64,000 nucleotides of DNA from Candidatus Latescibacterota bacterium (GTDB lineage Bacteria > Latescibacterota > UBA2968 > GCA-2709665). The stretch is from contig OZ244744.1 of NCBI GenBank assembly GCA_965219455.1, positions 4,416,001-4,480,000 of the forward strand. Direction: 5' to 3'. Position numbers and translations under genes: made by a program. This document shows, one piece after another, positions 41,877 to 51,689 of the stretch (positions within the stretch are counted from its first letter, which is position 1; each line of letters opens with the position of its first letter). The notes under the pieces were generated by a model. It worked only from the letters and a program-made list of their open reading frames with translations, did not search any database and had not been told where the DNA came from.

Positions 41877-44093
41877 TTACAAAACGTTGTTGGAGCTGCC
41901 GTTAACGCGCTGGACGGATGAGACCCCCGGCACGGAAAGGATTTTTTTCCGCAGGTCGCGGAGCTGGTCGACGTTTCTGACCTCTACGGTGAACCTGTTG
42001 CCGACCCGGCCGCCGGCTGTGTTCAGCCTTCCCTCGACGACCGGGATGCCGAGCCCCGATACGACCTGGCTGACGTCTCGAAGGAAATTGGGGCGATCGA
42101 CCCCATTGACGTGTATCTGCACGGTGAAGACTGTCTGCTCTTCGGAATTCCAGTCAACGTCCACCAGGCGGTCGCGACCTTCCGTGAGGTTTGCAATGTT
42201 ACGACAGTCCCTCCGGTGAACAGATATGCCTTTGCCTCGTGTGATGACGCCGAGAACGCCATCGCCATATATGGGCTGGCAGCAGCGGGCGAACTGAATC
42301 ATCAGGTGATTCAGGCTGTGTATGACAATAGGGTTCTTGCGGCCGTTTGTTTTGTGTTCCGGACGCTGGCGTCTGGGTGTTGGGCGGGCTGCGGGAAAAA
42401 TCTGATGCACGACCCGTTCCAGGGAAAGGGTCCCATTGCCCAGGCGGGCGTATAGATGTTCAACGTCCTGCAGGTTGAAGTGCGCGGCAGCCGCTTCCAG
42501 TTTTTCTTCGGCCGTACGTTTTCGTCGTCGTTTGAGTTCGCGATCGAGCATGTCCTGGCCAAGCCGGACACTTTGGGAATATTCTTCTTCGCGCAACCAG
42601 CGTCTGATGCGGCTGCGGGCTTTCGCGCTTTTGATAAAATCGAGCCAGCCCCGGTTGGGTCTCTGGTGGGGGGAGGTAATCACCTCAACGGTACTGCCCG
42701 TTTGCAGCGGGGTCGACAGGGATACCATCTGATCGTCCACCCGGCTGCCGATACAGCGCAGGCCGACATCGGTGTGCACCGCAAATGCAAAGTCCAGAGG
42801 CGTAGCGCCTTCCGGAAGCTGGATGAGGTCCCCTTTGGGGGTAAATACGTAGATTTCGTTTGGAAAGAGATCGACCTTGAGATCATCCATGAATTCTTGC
42901 GGGTTCCTGGTTTCCCGCTGCCACTCCAGCAGGCCGCGCAACCAGGCCATGTGACGGTCCATCTCAGAGGGGCCGCGCTTGCCCTCCTTGTAAAGCCAGT
43001 GGGCCGCAATGCCGACCTCTGCGGTCTGATGCATCTCCCGGGTGCGGATCTGCACCTCGAGCATCATACCCTCCGGACCAATGATCGTGGTGTGAAGCGA
43101 CTGGTACATGTTGCTCTTGGGAGTGGCGATAAAGTCTTTGAAGCGGGCGATAACCGGCGGATACATGGTATGGACCAGGCCCAGAACGTTGTAGCATTCC
43201 GGTATGGTATCGACCAGAACGCGAAACGCCAGAAGGTCGTAGATTTCATCGAACGCTCTTCCGCGCACGTTCATTTTCTTGTATATGCTGCTGAAATTTT
43301 TCGAACGGCCCGTCATGTCGGCCTGAATCCCCGCTTTTTTGAGGGCCTCGGTCAGCGGCCTCTGCACGGCTTCGATGCAGGCCTTACGCTCTTCCCGCGT
43401 CAGGTTGATCTTTTCCTGGATATTCCGGTACGCTTTCGGTTCCAGCCACTTGAGGCTGAGGTCTTCCAGTTCTGCCCGGATCAGGGACATGCCCAGCCGG
43501 TGGGCAAGAGGCGCATAGATATCGCGGCTCTCGTAAACCATGCGCTCCTGGCTATCCGGACGCATATACTTCAGGGTGCGCATGTTGTGCAGGCGGTCCG
43601 CCAGTTTGACGAGAACCACGCGGATGTCTCGTGCCATCGAGAGCAGCATCTTGCGGAAATTCTCGGCCTGTTCGGCTTCAGGGCTCTGGAAGGAAAAGTC
43701 TTTAATTTTGGAAACACCGTCCACCAGGCCGGCAATTTCAGCCCCGAAATGAGATTCGATCTGAGAAAGCGGAACACGGGTCTCGTCCACAACGTCGTGT
43801 AGCAGGCCCGCGGCGACGGTTGAGGAATCCATGCCGAGGTCGATCAGGATGCGGCAGACGGCCACGGCATGAGATATGGCAGGATCGCCGGATTTGCGGC
43901 GCTGGTTGCGATGGGCCAGTTCAGCAAAGTGGTAGGCTTTGGCAATGAGCCGAAGATTCTGTATCGGACGAACGTCGATGGCCGACCGAAGCAGGTTCTG
44001 AAGATCGGGAAAACCAGACTCACGTTCGACAACGGCTTCGATGGCCGGAAGGGTTTTGGTGCCAGCCGTTTGTAACGTCACCGAGACCTCCAT
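41877..44093 (-). CDS. rel: Long RelA/SpoT homologue (p)ppGpp synthetase with degenerate hydrolase motifs
   Basis: KLADRLHNMRT, RFKD, YQSLHT, EVQIRT, TGS (FTPKG), CC, ACT domain; start could be 44138. Confidence 0.93.
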   Translation of the reverse strand: MEVSVTLQTAGTKTLPAIEAVVERESGFPDLQNLLRSAIDVRPIQNLRLIAKAYHFAELAHRNQRRKSGDPAISHAVAVCRILIDLGMDSSTVAAGLLHDVVDETRVPLSQIESHFGAEIAGLVDGVSKIKDFSFQSPEAEQAENFRKMLLSMARDIRVVLVKLADRLHNMRTLKYMRPDSQERMVYESRDIYAPLAHRLGMSLIRAELEDLSLKWLEPKAYRNIQEKINLTREERKACIEAVQRPLTEALKKAGIQADMTGRSKNFSSIYKKMNVRGRAFDEIYDLLAFRVLVDTIPECYNVLGLVHTMYPPVIARFKDFIATPKSNMYQSLHTTIIGPEGMMLEVQIRTREMHQTAEVGIAAHWLYKEGKRGPSEMDRHMAWLRGLLEWQRETRNPQEFMDDLKVDLFPNEIYVFTPKGDLIQLPEGATPLDFAFAVHTDVGLRCIGSRVDDQMVSLSTPLQTGSTVEVITSPHQRPNRGWLDFIKSAKARSRIRRWLREEEYSQSVRLGQDMLDRELKRRRKRTAEEKLEAAAAHFNLQDVEHLYARLGNGTLSLERVVHQIFPAARPTPRRQRPEHKTNGRKNPIVIHSLNHLMIQFARCCQPIYGDGVLGVITRGKGISVHRRDCRNIANLTEGRDRLVDVDWNSEEQTVFTVQIHVNGVDRPNFLRDVSQVVSGLGIPVVEGRLNTAGGRVGNRFTVEVRNVDQLRDLRKKILSVPGVSSVQRVNGSSNNVL

Positions 44094-44292
44094 CGGATTT
44101 GATTTGCCCACGCTGGTGGTACGCCCGGCAGAAACCATGCCCCGACTGTCTGTTCGATGGACGCGGCCAGCCGGGGAATCGGGGCTTCGCCATCCCGGGA
44201 TCGAACACGCCGCCGGTTGCCTGCTGTATCGTCACAAACGGATGATATCATATATTCCAGACAGTCTTTTCGAGAAAACCTCTCAAGAATAC

Positions 44293-44321
44293 AATTTAAC
44301 ATATCCCCGTTTCAGTGTCAA
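44293..44321 (-). promoter_or_regulatory. Sigma70-type promoter for rel
   Basis: TTGACA, 17 nt spacer, TAAATT with extended -10 TG. Confidence 0.7.
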
Positions 44322-44489
44322 CCCGCCACCGGCGTACTCCGACTGCCGCGAAGTGATGCAATCGGTGGCGCGTGTACCGCGTTGAGAACGGGTTTTGCGT
44401 TCCACCTCGCGGCAGATCCGTCCGTCCATGACGACGACATGCAGCGGACGGATCTGGCCGCTCAAAACTACAGATAGTGGAGGATCGAC

Positions 44490-45422
44490 GTGGCCGCAGA
44501 AGATATCCGTGGGGTCGTGGCGGTGCTGGTAACGCCGTTTGATGATCGGGAAGAGATTGTCTTTGAAGATATCGGCCGACAGGTGGATGCGGCGGTGGCA
44601 TTCGGCATCGGAGCGGTGTGTCTGCCTGCGTATGCGAGCGAGTTTTACAAGCAATCGGGACGAGAACGGCTCGCGGTTGTGCGGACCGCGGTGGCGTCCG
44701 CCGCTGGAAGAATTCCGGTGGTGGGACAGTCGAACCACCCTTCGGCCCGACAAGCGGCGAATTTCGCCCGGGCAAATGCGGATGCCGGTGCGGACGTCAT
44801 CAGTTTTGCAATCCCAAGGCAGTTTGGCACAACGGATGCGGACCTGCTAGCGTATTGCCGGACCATCTGTGACGCGGTGGAGGTTCCGATATTGATACAG
44901 GATTTCAATCCGGGCGGTCCGACCGTCGACGGAACGTTCTGCCGGCGACTTCACGAGATCTGCGGTAATTTCAGGTACATCAAGCTGGAGGAGCCGCTTC
45001 TTGGTCGCAAGCTTCTGGGGATTCGGGAGGCAACGGGTGATCAGGTGTCAGTGCTGGAGGGTTGGGGGGGAATGTATATGCCGGATCTGTTCGAGTGGGG
45101 CGTCGCAGGCGTCATGCCCGGGCTTGGGCACGCGGACGTGATGAATCGGATCTGGGAACTCGGATCGACCGGCGACGTGGACGGCGCTCTGGACGTGTTC
45201 GATAGGATCCTGGCGCAGATTGTCTTCTCTCTGCAGGATATGGAGCTGTACCTGGTGGTGGAGAAGCGGTTGTTGGCCGCTCGGGGTATCATCGGGCATT
45301 CACGGGTGCGCAGCCTGGCGTTGACGCCCGATAGGAAAACGCTCTTGCATGTGGACCGGTTGAATGAACGGGTGTTGCAGGTTGCGGAAACACTGGGCTT
45401 CTCACGGCGCCCCCTGGCATAG
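44490..45422 (+). CDS. Dihydrodipicolinate synthase family protein
   Basis: GVVAVLVTPF, ASEF, IQD, YIKLE. Confidence 0.88.
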   Translation: MAAEDIRGVVAVLVTPFDDREEIVFEDIGRQVDAAVAFGIGAVCLPAYASEFYKQSGRERLAVVRTAVASAAGRIPVVGQSNHPSARQAANFARANADAGADVISFAIPRQFGTTDADLLAYCRTICDAVEVPILIQDFNPGGPTVDGTFCRRLHEICGNFRYIKLEEPLLGRKLLGIREATGDQVSVLEGWGGMYMPDLFEWGVAGVMPGLGHADVMNRIWELGSTGDVDGALDVFDRILAQIVFSLQDMELYLVVEKRLLAARGIIGHSRVRSLALTPDRKTLLHVDRLNERVLQVAETLGFSRRPLA

Positions 45423-45694
45423 CGAACGTCGGCTTCGCCCCTGTGGGAATGATCGACGCGCCGGATCCGATGATGGAACGATGGCTGTGGCGGCGCGGAA
45501 ATCGCTCCGGATGCAGAGGCTGAAGTACGACGATCGAATCCACGGGAAGCGCGACGGGCGAGTTTTCCCTTGCCTGGCCGAGGGGAACAGGCTAAATTGT
45601 CGACGTGTGACAATGCATCAAACCGGTTGCAAGAATCCAACGGCCAATCCAGGAGCGTGGACAAGATATGCGAGGGCCCCGATACGACACGGTG

Positions 45695-46048
45695 ATGGAA
45701 CGGTGTCATCCCCAAACGGAGACCGTGCCGCTGTCATTCATTCTCCGGCATTCGCTCGATCTCGATCCAAATGAAAATACGGATTTGGACGTCGAAAAAC
45801 TGGATGCCGTTAAAAACGCGATTGAGCCCACGTTGACCGGCCGAAAGTACGAGGTATTGCTGCTGCGCTCGCAGGGCAAGTCCATGGCGGAGATCGCGTT
45901 GCTGCTTTCGGTCTCCAAGAGCACGGTACGGAACTATTACCTTCAGGCGATACGGCAGGTGCGCCAGGCGCTGGGTGTGGACATCGAAACAACCCGGCCG
46001 CCGGTCAGAAAGGAAGGGAGCAATCCTGTTTCGCCGTTATCGGCTTAG
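45695..46048 (+). CDS. Small sigma70 region-4 / LuxR-type HTH protein
   Basis: LTGRKYEVLLLRSQGKSMAEIALLLSVSKSTVRNY; start uncertain. Confidence 0.65.
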   Translation: MERCHPQTETVPLSFILRHSLDLDPNENTDLDVEKLDAVKNAIEPTLTGRKYEVLLLRSQGKSMAEIALLLSVSKSTVRNYYLQAIRQVRQALGVDIETTRPPVRKEGSNPVSPLSA

Positions 46049-46157
46049 AATGACGGGACGGATGGTACAGGTAGAGGGGCAGCTACTGGCTGTCTTTTTT
46101 TTGTTGGGCCGCCTGGGGTTGGTCCAGCGGACACCGAATTGAAGAAAGGAGCCTGCG

Positions 46158-46541
46158 ATGGCGGTATTTCTCCATACCAGGATTCGAGTAAACGACCTGG
46201 ATCGGTCGGCGGCGTTCTATTGCGACCATTTCGGCTTCGTGGTGAAGAGCAGGTCGGAGAAGTCCCCTGCGGGAAACCAGATTATGCACCTGGAATTGCC
46301 TGGCAACGCCCATACGCTCGAACTGACCTATTCGGACGATTACGAACTGAACGTACCCGAGGATCTGATGCATTTTGCGATCGGCGTACCGGACCTCATC
46401 GCGTTTTGCGACGGTCTCGAGAGCAAAGGCATCGAAATCTGGCCAGGAGATTGGCGTAAGTCGTTTCCGACGGGACGGAAGATGGCCTTTGTGGACGACC
46501 CGGACGGATACGAGATTGAACTGCTGGAACGGAAGGAATGA
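46158..46541 (+). CDS. VOC/glyoxalase family protein
   Basis: LHTRIRV, LELTY, HFAI, DPDGYEIEL. Confidence 0.92.
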   Translation: MAVFLHTRIRVNDLDRSAAFYCDHFGFVVKSRSEKSPAGNQIMHLELPGNAHTLELTYSDDYELNVPEDLMHFAIGVPDLIAFCDGLESKGIEIWPGDWRKSFPTGRKMAFVDDPDGYEIELLERKE

Positions 46542-46622
46542 ATGGAGCAGGGCGCCCGCAACAATCGAACCCGCTTCTTCGGTCTTTCGGGCTCGAGTCA
46601 ATAGGTTTGGAAGACGATGGGC

Positions 46623-47516
46623 CTATCCCCGATCGGGCACGCGCCAGTTGGGATACCAGACGGAGGTTTCGGGTAGAGTTTCAGCAGACCAGCTGTTCTG
46701 CATGGTCTCGAACCCGGAGAGCGCCGGGCCAACAACGGTCTCCCACAGGACTTCCACGTCTTCGTAGGTCTGCAGCTTGTGGGCCGGGTTCCTGTCTTTG
46801 TATTCCTCGAGCAGTACCTGTGCCCTTTCGCCCAGCCAGCGGACTTCGTCGGCCACCATGCGCTCGCCAACCCGGCGGTCGGACTGCCGGACCGTGGGCC
46901 CCATCGCGAAATGAGGTCCGGGGGCATTTTCGGCCGGCAACCGGGAGAGGTCCACGCAGTCGGGTTGGAGCGCCCAGAGAAGCGAAGTTTCGACCTTTCC
47001 GGCGTGGTCACCGCCGCTCCGGCCGTCGTTGTCGAAGCCGGGCTGATTGGCTTCGTGGTCCGGCAGGCCATAAAGCCTGGTGCCCACGTGGGGTTGTACC
47101 AGGTCGATGAGCGTTTTGAGATCCTTCCAGTTTGGACCGTAGTGACCGGTAAGGAAAATGGCGGCGTGGAAGCGAAGGTGATCGGCCATGCGAATGTGGT
47201 AGCAGATGTTTTTGAAGTGCTGCCAGGGCGGCATGCAGGTCATCCAGGAGCGTTTCGCCTGGCCCACCGTGCGCTCCAGCCACAGCGCATACCCTCCGAG
47301 TTCGTGTATGTGCCAGAAGTCCGGCGGGGCCACAATACCCCCGTGCGCACGGGCGGCCTCGCAGGCAATGCCGTGCGCTTTCAGACCATCGAGGCCAACG
47401 GCGTCGTGCGGGCCGTGGGGTTCGCAAAGGCCGTAGGGGAAGTAGACGAGCGGGCAATCGTTATAGGCGGCTTCCAGCTGGTCGGGGAACATGCGTTCCC
47501 ACTGCACTTGACGCAT
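46623..47516 (-). CDS. Creatininase family protein
   Basis: PYGLCEPHGPH..GLDG, GHYG, DHAGKVETS. Confidence 0.9.
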   Translation of the reverse strand: MRQVQWERMFPDQLEAAYNDCPLVYFPYGLCEPHGPHDAVGLDGLKAHGIACEAARAHGGIVAPPDFWHIHELGGYALWLERTVGQAKRSWMTCMPPWQHFKNICYHIRMADHLRFHAAIFLTGHYGPNWKDLKTLIDLVQPHVGTRLYGLPDHEANQPGFDNDGRSGGDHAGKVETSLLWALQPDCVDLSRLPAENAPGPHFAMGPTVRQSDRRVGERMVADEVRWLGERAQVLLEEYKDRNPAHKLQTYEDVEVLWETVVGPALSGFETMQNSWSAETLPETSVWYPNWRVPDRG

Positions 47517-47626
47517 ATCGAAACTCCTTTGGAAAAGTCGTCTGCTTGATTGATCCGGATCGGGCAATCCGAGACCGGATTCAGCGGCGAAATGAGGCTG
47601 CGTAGCGACGGACTCGTTTCGCGCAA

Positions 47627-48676
47627 TTATTGCACCCTGCCTCGGCCGGCAACGGTCCAGACGGCTTCCGCGACCCCGTTCCTTACGGCATAGGCGGCGT
47701 CGTGCAGGTTGGTGGTCATGCCCTGGTGCTGGGGAATAACCGAAAGGCGTTCACCCACCTGGAACGTATGGTCGCATGCGCTCACGTCGATATGGCCATG
47801 TTCCACGGACATGCCGTATATTCTGGCGTCTGGGTGTTCCACGACGTGTCCGTACGGGGTGGGCGGGTAGCTTGTGAAGGTTTTCTGGCCGCCGTCCACA
47901 ATAACGCGCTCGGGTGTGGGCGTGCTGACGACGGTCACGATCACACGTTCGGCGCAGGTAACGGGGTTCGGCGGGTTGTCCGTGTGATTGATACGGCGCA
48001 TGCCCTCGAAGACGTACGAGCCGATGCGGGTTTCGGTACAGCCGATCTGTTTCGAGACGGCTTCGCTTCCGGTCCCGCCCCCGCTGACAACAGGCACGGA
48101 GATGCCGGCGTTTTCCAGCAGCGTTCGTGTTCGCGTCAGAAAGTGTTCGGCCTCCGGCCGGCTGGGATAGGTCATGATGCCCTGGAAGTGAAGGCCGGGC
48201 AATGCGACGACTTTGCCGGCCAGTTCGAGGGCGGCTTCGGGAGACTGGACGCCGCATCGATTGCCGCCGGTATCCAGTTCAATTAAAACAGGGATTTCCG
48301 GTACCCCTGCCCGTTCGGATATACCGCGGGCCGTTTTTTCGGAATCCAGGGCCACGGTTATGGTCGCCCGTTTCCGGAGGTGGACAAGGCGTTCCACCTT
48401 CCTGGCGCCGACGATATTGTAGGGGATGAGGATGTCGGTGATTCCGGCATCGACCATGGCTTCCGCTTCGCCCAGCTTCTGGCAGACAATGCCGATGGCG
48501 CCCGCTTGAAGCTGTAGCCGGGCTATTTCGGGAATCTTGTGGGTTTTGGTATGTACGCGCAGGGCGATTTCGTGCCTGCGGCAGGATTCGGCCAGGTCGT
48601 GGATATTCTTCGAAAGTATGTCGAGATCAATGGTCAACGCAGGCGTATCCAGTTCCTCGATTCGCATGGGAAACAT
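47627..48676 (-). CDS. D-threonine aldolase/DSD1-family PLP enzyme
   Basis: LDTPAL, RVHTKTHK, RCGV, SVEHG. Confidence 0.9.
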   Translation of the reverse strand: MFPMRIEELDTPALTIDLDILSKNIHDLAESCRRHEIALRVHTKTHKIPEIARLQLQAGAIGIVCQKLGEAEAMVDAGITDILIPYNIVGARKVERLVHLRKRATITVALDSEKTARGISERAGVPEIPVLIELDTGGNRCGVQSPEAALELAGKVVALPGLHFQGIMTYPSRPEAEHFLTRTRTLLENAGISVPVVSGGGTGSEAVSKQIGCTETRIGSYVFEGMRRINHTDNPPNPVTCAERVIVTVVSTPTPERVIVDGGQKTFTSYPPTPYGHVVEHPDARIYGMSVEHGHIDVSACDHTFQVGERLSVIPQHQGMTTNLHDAAYAVRNGVAEAVWTVAGRGRVQ

Positions 48677-48859
48677 CCTTTTTTGTTCGGTTGTGAAATG
48701 TGATTTAAGCGGGTAAGTTAAATACCAGGACGGGATAATTCAAAGAAAAAAGTGGGCGCGTGAACTTGCAGGTGTGGTTGATTTCGCTTGACAGCGCATG
48801 TCCTGACGGGCTAATTATGGGTCTGTTGCACCCGTTCACGATACGTTCAGGGGGTTGTC

Positions 48860-49876
48860 TTGGCAATTCAGGTAGGGTTTGTGGGCGCCGGGGGTCGCGC
48901 GAGATCCCATATGAGGGTGTTGCAGGAGATTGAGGATGTGGACATTGTTGCGATTTGCGATGTATTGGGGGAAACCGCTGAGCGTGTGGCCGGCGAATAT
49001 GGCGCGAGGGCGTATACCGACCATCGGAAGATGCTGGAAAGCGAATCGCTGTCGGCCATGTATGTGAGCGTCCCCACGTTTGCGCATACCAACGCGGAGA
49101 TCCTGGCGGCGCGGCAGGGCGTGCATCTGTTCGTGGAAAAACCCGTGGCGCCGACGATGGAGAAAGCCCTCGAAATTCTTGAGGCCGTGCGGGAAGCGGG
49201 CGTATTGACGTGTGTGGGATATCAGTTGCGGTATTCCGGCATCGTGCGGCAGACGAAGGCATTTCTGAAGGGTCGAACGATCGGGATGGCCGCGGTCCAC
49301 CGATGGGGCGGGCTACCGGGAACGCCTTGGTGGCGCGTGATGTCGCAATCGGGCGGACAGATCGTTGAGCAGACCACCCACCAGGTGGATCTGCTTCGCT
49401 ATCTTGTGGGTGACGTGGCGGAAGTGCACGCCTATTACGGATTGCGTACCCTGGATGACGAAGAAGACCTGGATATTCCGGACGTTCATGCGATCAACCT
49501 GAAATTCGAGAAGGGGGCAATTGGCTCGTTGACGTCCACGTGCACGTTTCGGAAGGGCGGTGGGACCGGGCTCATGTCGTTCGTATTGAAAGACATGCGA
49601 GCGGAATTCGGGCCAGAGGGTCTTGTAGTCTATCCGGAATCCGCGGCAGACCCGGGTCCGGTTCAGAGTGATTCCGGAGATATCGACAGGGTGTTTATAA
49701 ATGCTATTCGCAAGGGTGACGGGTCGGCCGTTCTGTCGGACTACGAGGACGGCGTCCGTTCACTCGACGTGACCCTTGCGGCCAACCGGTCCGCCGACAG
49801 CGGTCAGCCCGAAGCGCCCTATTTCTCAAGTTGCGCCTCCGGCACGCGAGAACCGGCGGCTTCTTTCCGCGTGTAA
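48860..49876 (+). CDS. Gfo/Idh/MocA oxidoreductase
   Basis: GFVGAGG, VEKP, EQTTHQVD. Confidence 0.92.
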   Translation: MAIQVGFVGAGGRARSHMRVLQEIEDVDIVAICDVLGETAERVAGEYGARAYTDHRKMLESESLSAMYVSVPTFAHTNAEILAARQGVHLFVEKPVAPTMEKALEILEAVREAGVLTCVGYQLRYSGIVRQTKAFLKGRTIGMAAVHRWGGLPGTPWWRVMSQSGGQIVEQTTHQVDLLRYLVGDVAEVHAYYGLRTLDDEEDLDIPDVHAINLKFEKGAIGSLTSTCTFRKGGGTGLMSFVLKDMRAEFGPEGLVVYPESAADPGPVQSDSGDIDRVFINAIRKGDGSAVLSDYEDGVRSLDVTLAANRSADSGQPEAPYFSSCASGTREPAASFRV

Positions 49877-49931
49877 GCATGCGTGTTTGCCTTGCACAAT
49901 CCTTAGACGGGAACGTTCTGGAGGTTAACCT

Positions 49932-50609
49932 ATGAAGTCACAGCGCCACCGGCGGCCACGTACGGGTCGGATTCTTGTCGATTATCTGAAGTCGATCTTC
50001 TTTGCGGTTTTTCTGGCTGTATTGATCCGTGCAACGCTGGTGCAGGCCTATCATATTCCATCAGGATCCATGGAGAACACGTTGATGGAGGGCGATTATG
50101 TTCTCGGCGACAAGCTGACTTTCGGCACGCAGATTCCGGATCGTCTGCCTGTCTTGAACTACAAGCTGCCTTCCTTTCGCATGCCGGGTTTTCGTTCTCC
50201 GAAACCCGGCGATCTGGTGATTTTTGAATTTCCGAATGATCCGTCACGGGACTTCATCAAGCGATGTATTGCCGTGGGGGGGCAGACGATTGAGATCCGA
50301 AACAAGGTGGTTTACGTCAACGGCAAACCGTTCGCGAATCCAGCGGGCGTGAAGTTTATGGACGGGCGGACGCAGGCCAAACGGTATAGCGCGCGTGACA
50401 ACTACGGGCCCTATACGGTACCGCCGGGACATGTATTCGTGATGGGGGATAATCGGGACAACAGCGACGACAGCAGGTTCTGGGGGCCGGTGTCGCTTGA
50501 CAAAGTGAAGGCGCATCCGCTGCTGATCTATTTTTCCTGGAATTCCAGCGCGCCGCTCTGGAATCCGTTCGGAAAGATTCGATGGAGACGACTGGGCATT
50601 GTGCGCTGA
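49932..50609 (+). CDS. lepB: Signal peptidase I
   Basis: IPSGSMENTL, FIKR, MGDNRDNSDDSRFWG. Confidence 0.95.
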   Translation: MKSQRHRRPRTGRILVDYLKSIFFAVFLAVLIRATLVQAYHIPSGSMENTLMEGDYVLGDKLTFGTQIPDRLPVLNYKLPSFRMPGFRSPKPGDLVIFEFPNDPSRDFIKRCIAVGGQTIEIRNKVVYVNGKPFANPAGVKFMDGRTQAKRYSARDNYGPYTVPPGHVFVMGDNRDNSDDSRFWGPVSLDKVKAHPLLIYFSWNSSAPLWNPFGKIRWRRLGIVR

Positions 50610-50917
50610 GTGTCTCCTGAGGTTTGCAGGAGGAAATAGCGGTCAGGCTCCGCTAGCCTTTTATCATTTCTGAAACTCGGTCTCGCGGAGCACGCCTGCG
50701 TACCTGACTTTCCATAGCGTCGACGTTCATCAATCCGGCCTGCCGGTAGCCAATGTCCATCATTCAGGCCGTGGATTTCAATTATTGCCACTGACCTGCC
50801 GGTTCGAGTCGGGGCGTTTCCGGGGAACGACGTCGGGATTCCGCGGGTCGTGACATCGGATAAAATGGCCGGGAATCTGCGTTGAACATGCTTCTCGAAT
50901 AAAGGAAGGTGGGCTCC

Positions 50918-51499
50918 ATGTCCGGACACCGTGCCACTATCTGGTCCAGTTTAGTGTGTGTTGTCGCGATGCTGAGTTGTGGTCCGATTCCGGACGACAC
51001 CGCCAACAATCCGACCGCCGACGGCGACGGCAACCGGGTGTATTCGAACGATGAATGGGGATTCCGGATTTCGGTCCCGGATGTGTGGGGCTGGACGGCG
51101 CAGACGTCCTTCCAGACCCGGGAGTCAAACGGATTGCCGCGGGTCGAAGTGACGATGCAGCGAGAGCCGATCTCCGGATTCGTGGCGGTGATGAACTTGA
51201 GGCCCCGCGCGCTTTCAGAAAATGCGACACTCCAGACCGTTACGGCCGAACTCGAGGAGGAGTTCAAATCCACCTTTCTGGGATACCGGGCTGAGGAGAA
51301 GCGCACGTTTCAGATCTCGGGGCGCGAAGGCATCGAGTGGATTTTCCGGACGGTATTTCTGCGTCGACGGGGCGACCGGTTTTTCGTTACGGTGGTGTTG
51401 GACGGGCGGAAGGCTTATTTGATGATGGGCAACGGGATGTCTGCCGTCTTTCCCGTTGATGAATACCGTTCAATTGCGTCCTCTCTCGAATTCCGATAG
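50918..51499 (+). CDS. Lipoprotein (PsbP/DcrB-like)
   Basis: Lipobox MLSC, YSNDEWGFRISVP. Confidence 0.65.
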   Translation: MSGHRATIWSSLVCVVAMLSCGPIPDDTANNPTADGDGNRVYSNDEWGFRISVPDVWGWTAQTSFQTRESNGLPRVEVTMQREPISGFVAVMNLRPRALSENATLQTVTAELEEEFKSTFLGYRAEEKRTFQISGREGIEWIFRTVFLRRRGDRFFVTVVLDGRKAYLMMGNGMSAVFPVDEYRSIASSLEFR

Positions 51500-51689
51500 A
51501 ATCAGGCGGCAGAGGGAGGAAATGGAGACGCGAGCCGTTTTTCCCGCGTCGTAACGAACCGGTGGCGGTCGTTTTGCTTGTCGTTGGGAAATTCCCCCGC
51601 TGCCGACTGTACGGATATTGACTGCACGGCGTTGATTGGCATCAAAAGGGCTCCTCCGGGTTTCTGTTTCAGCCCGGGCGAGCTATTTT

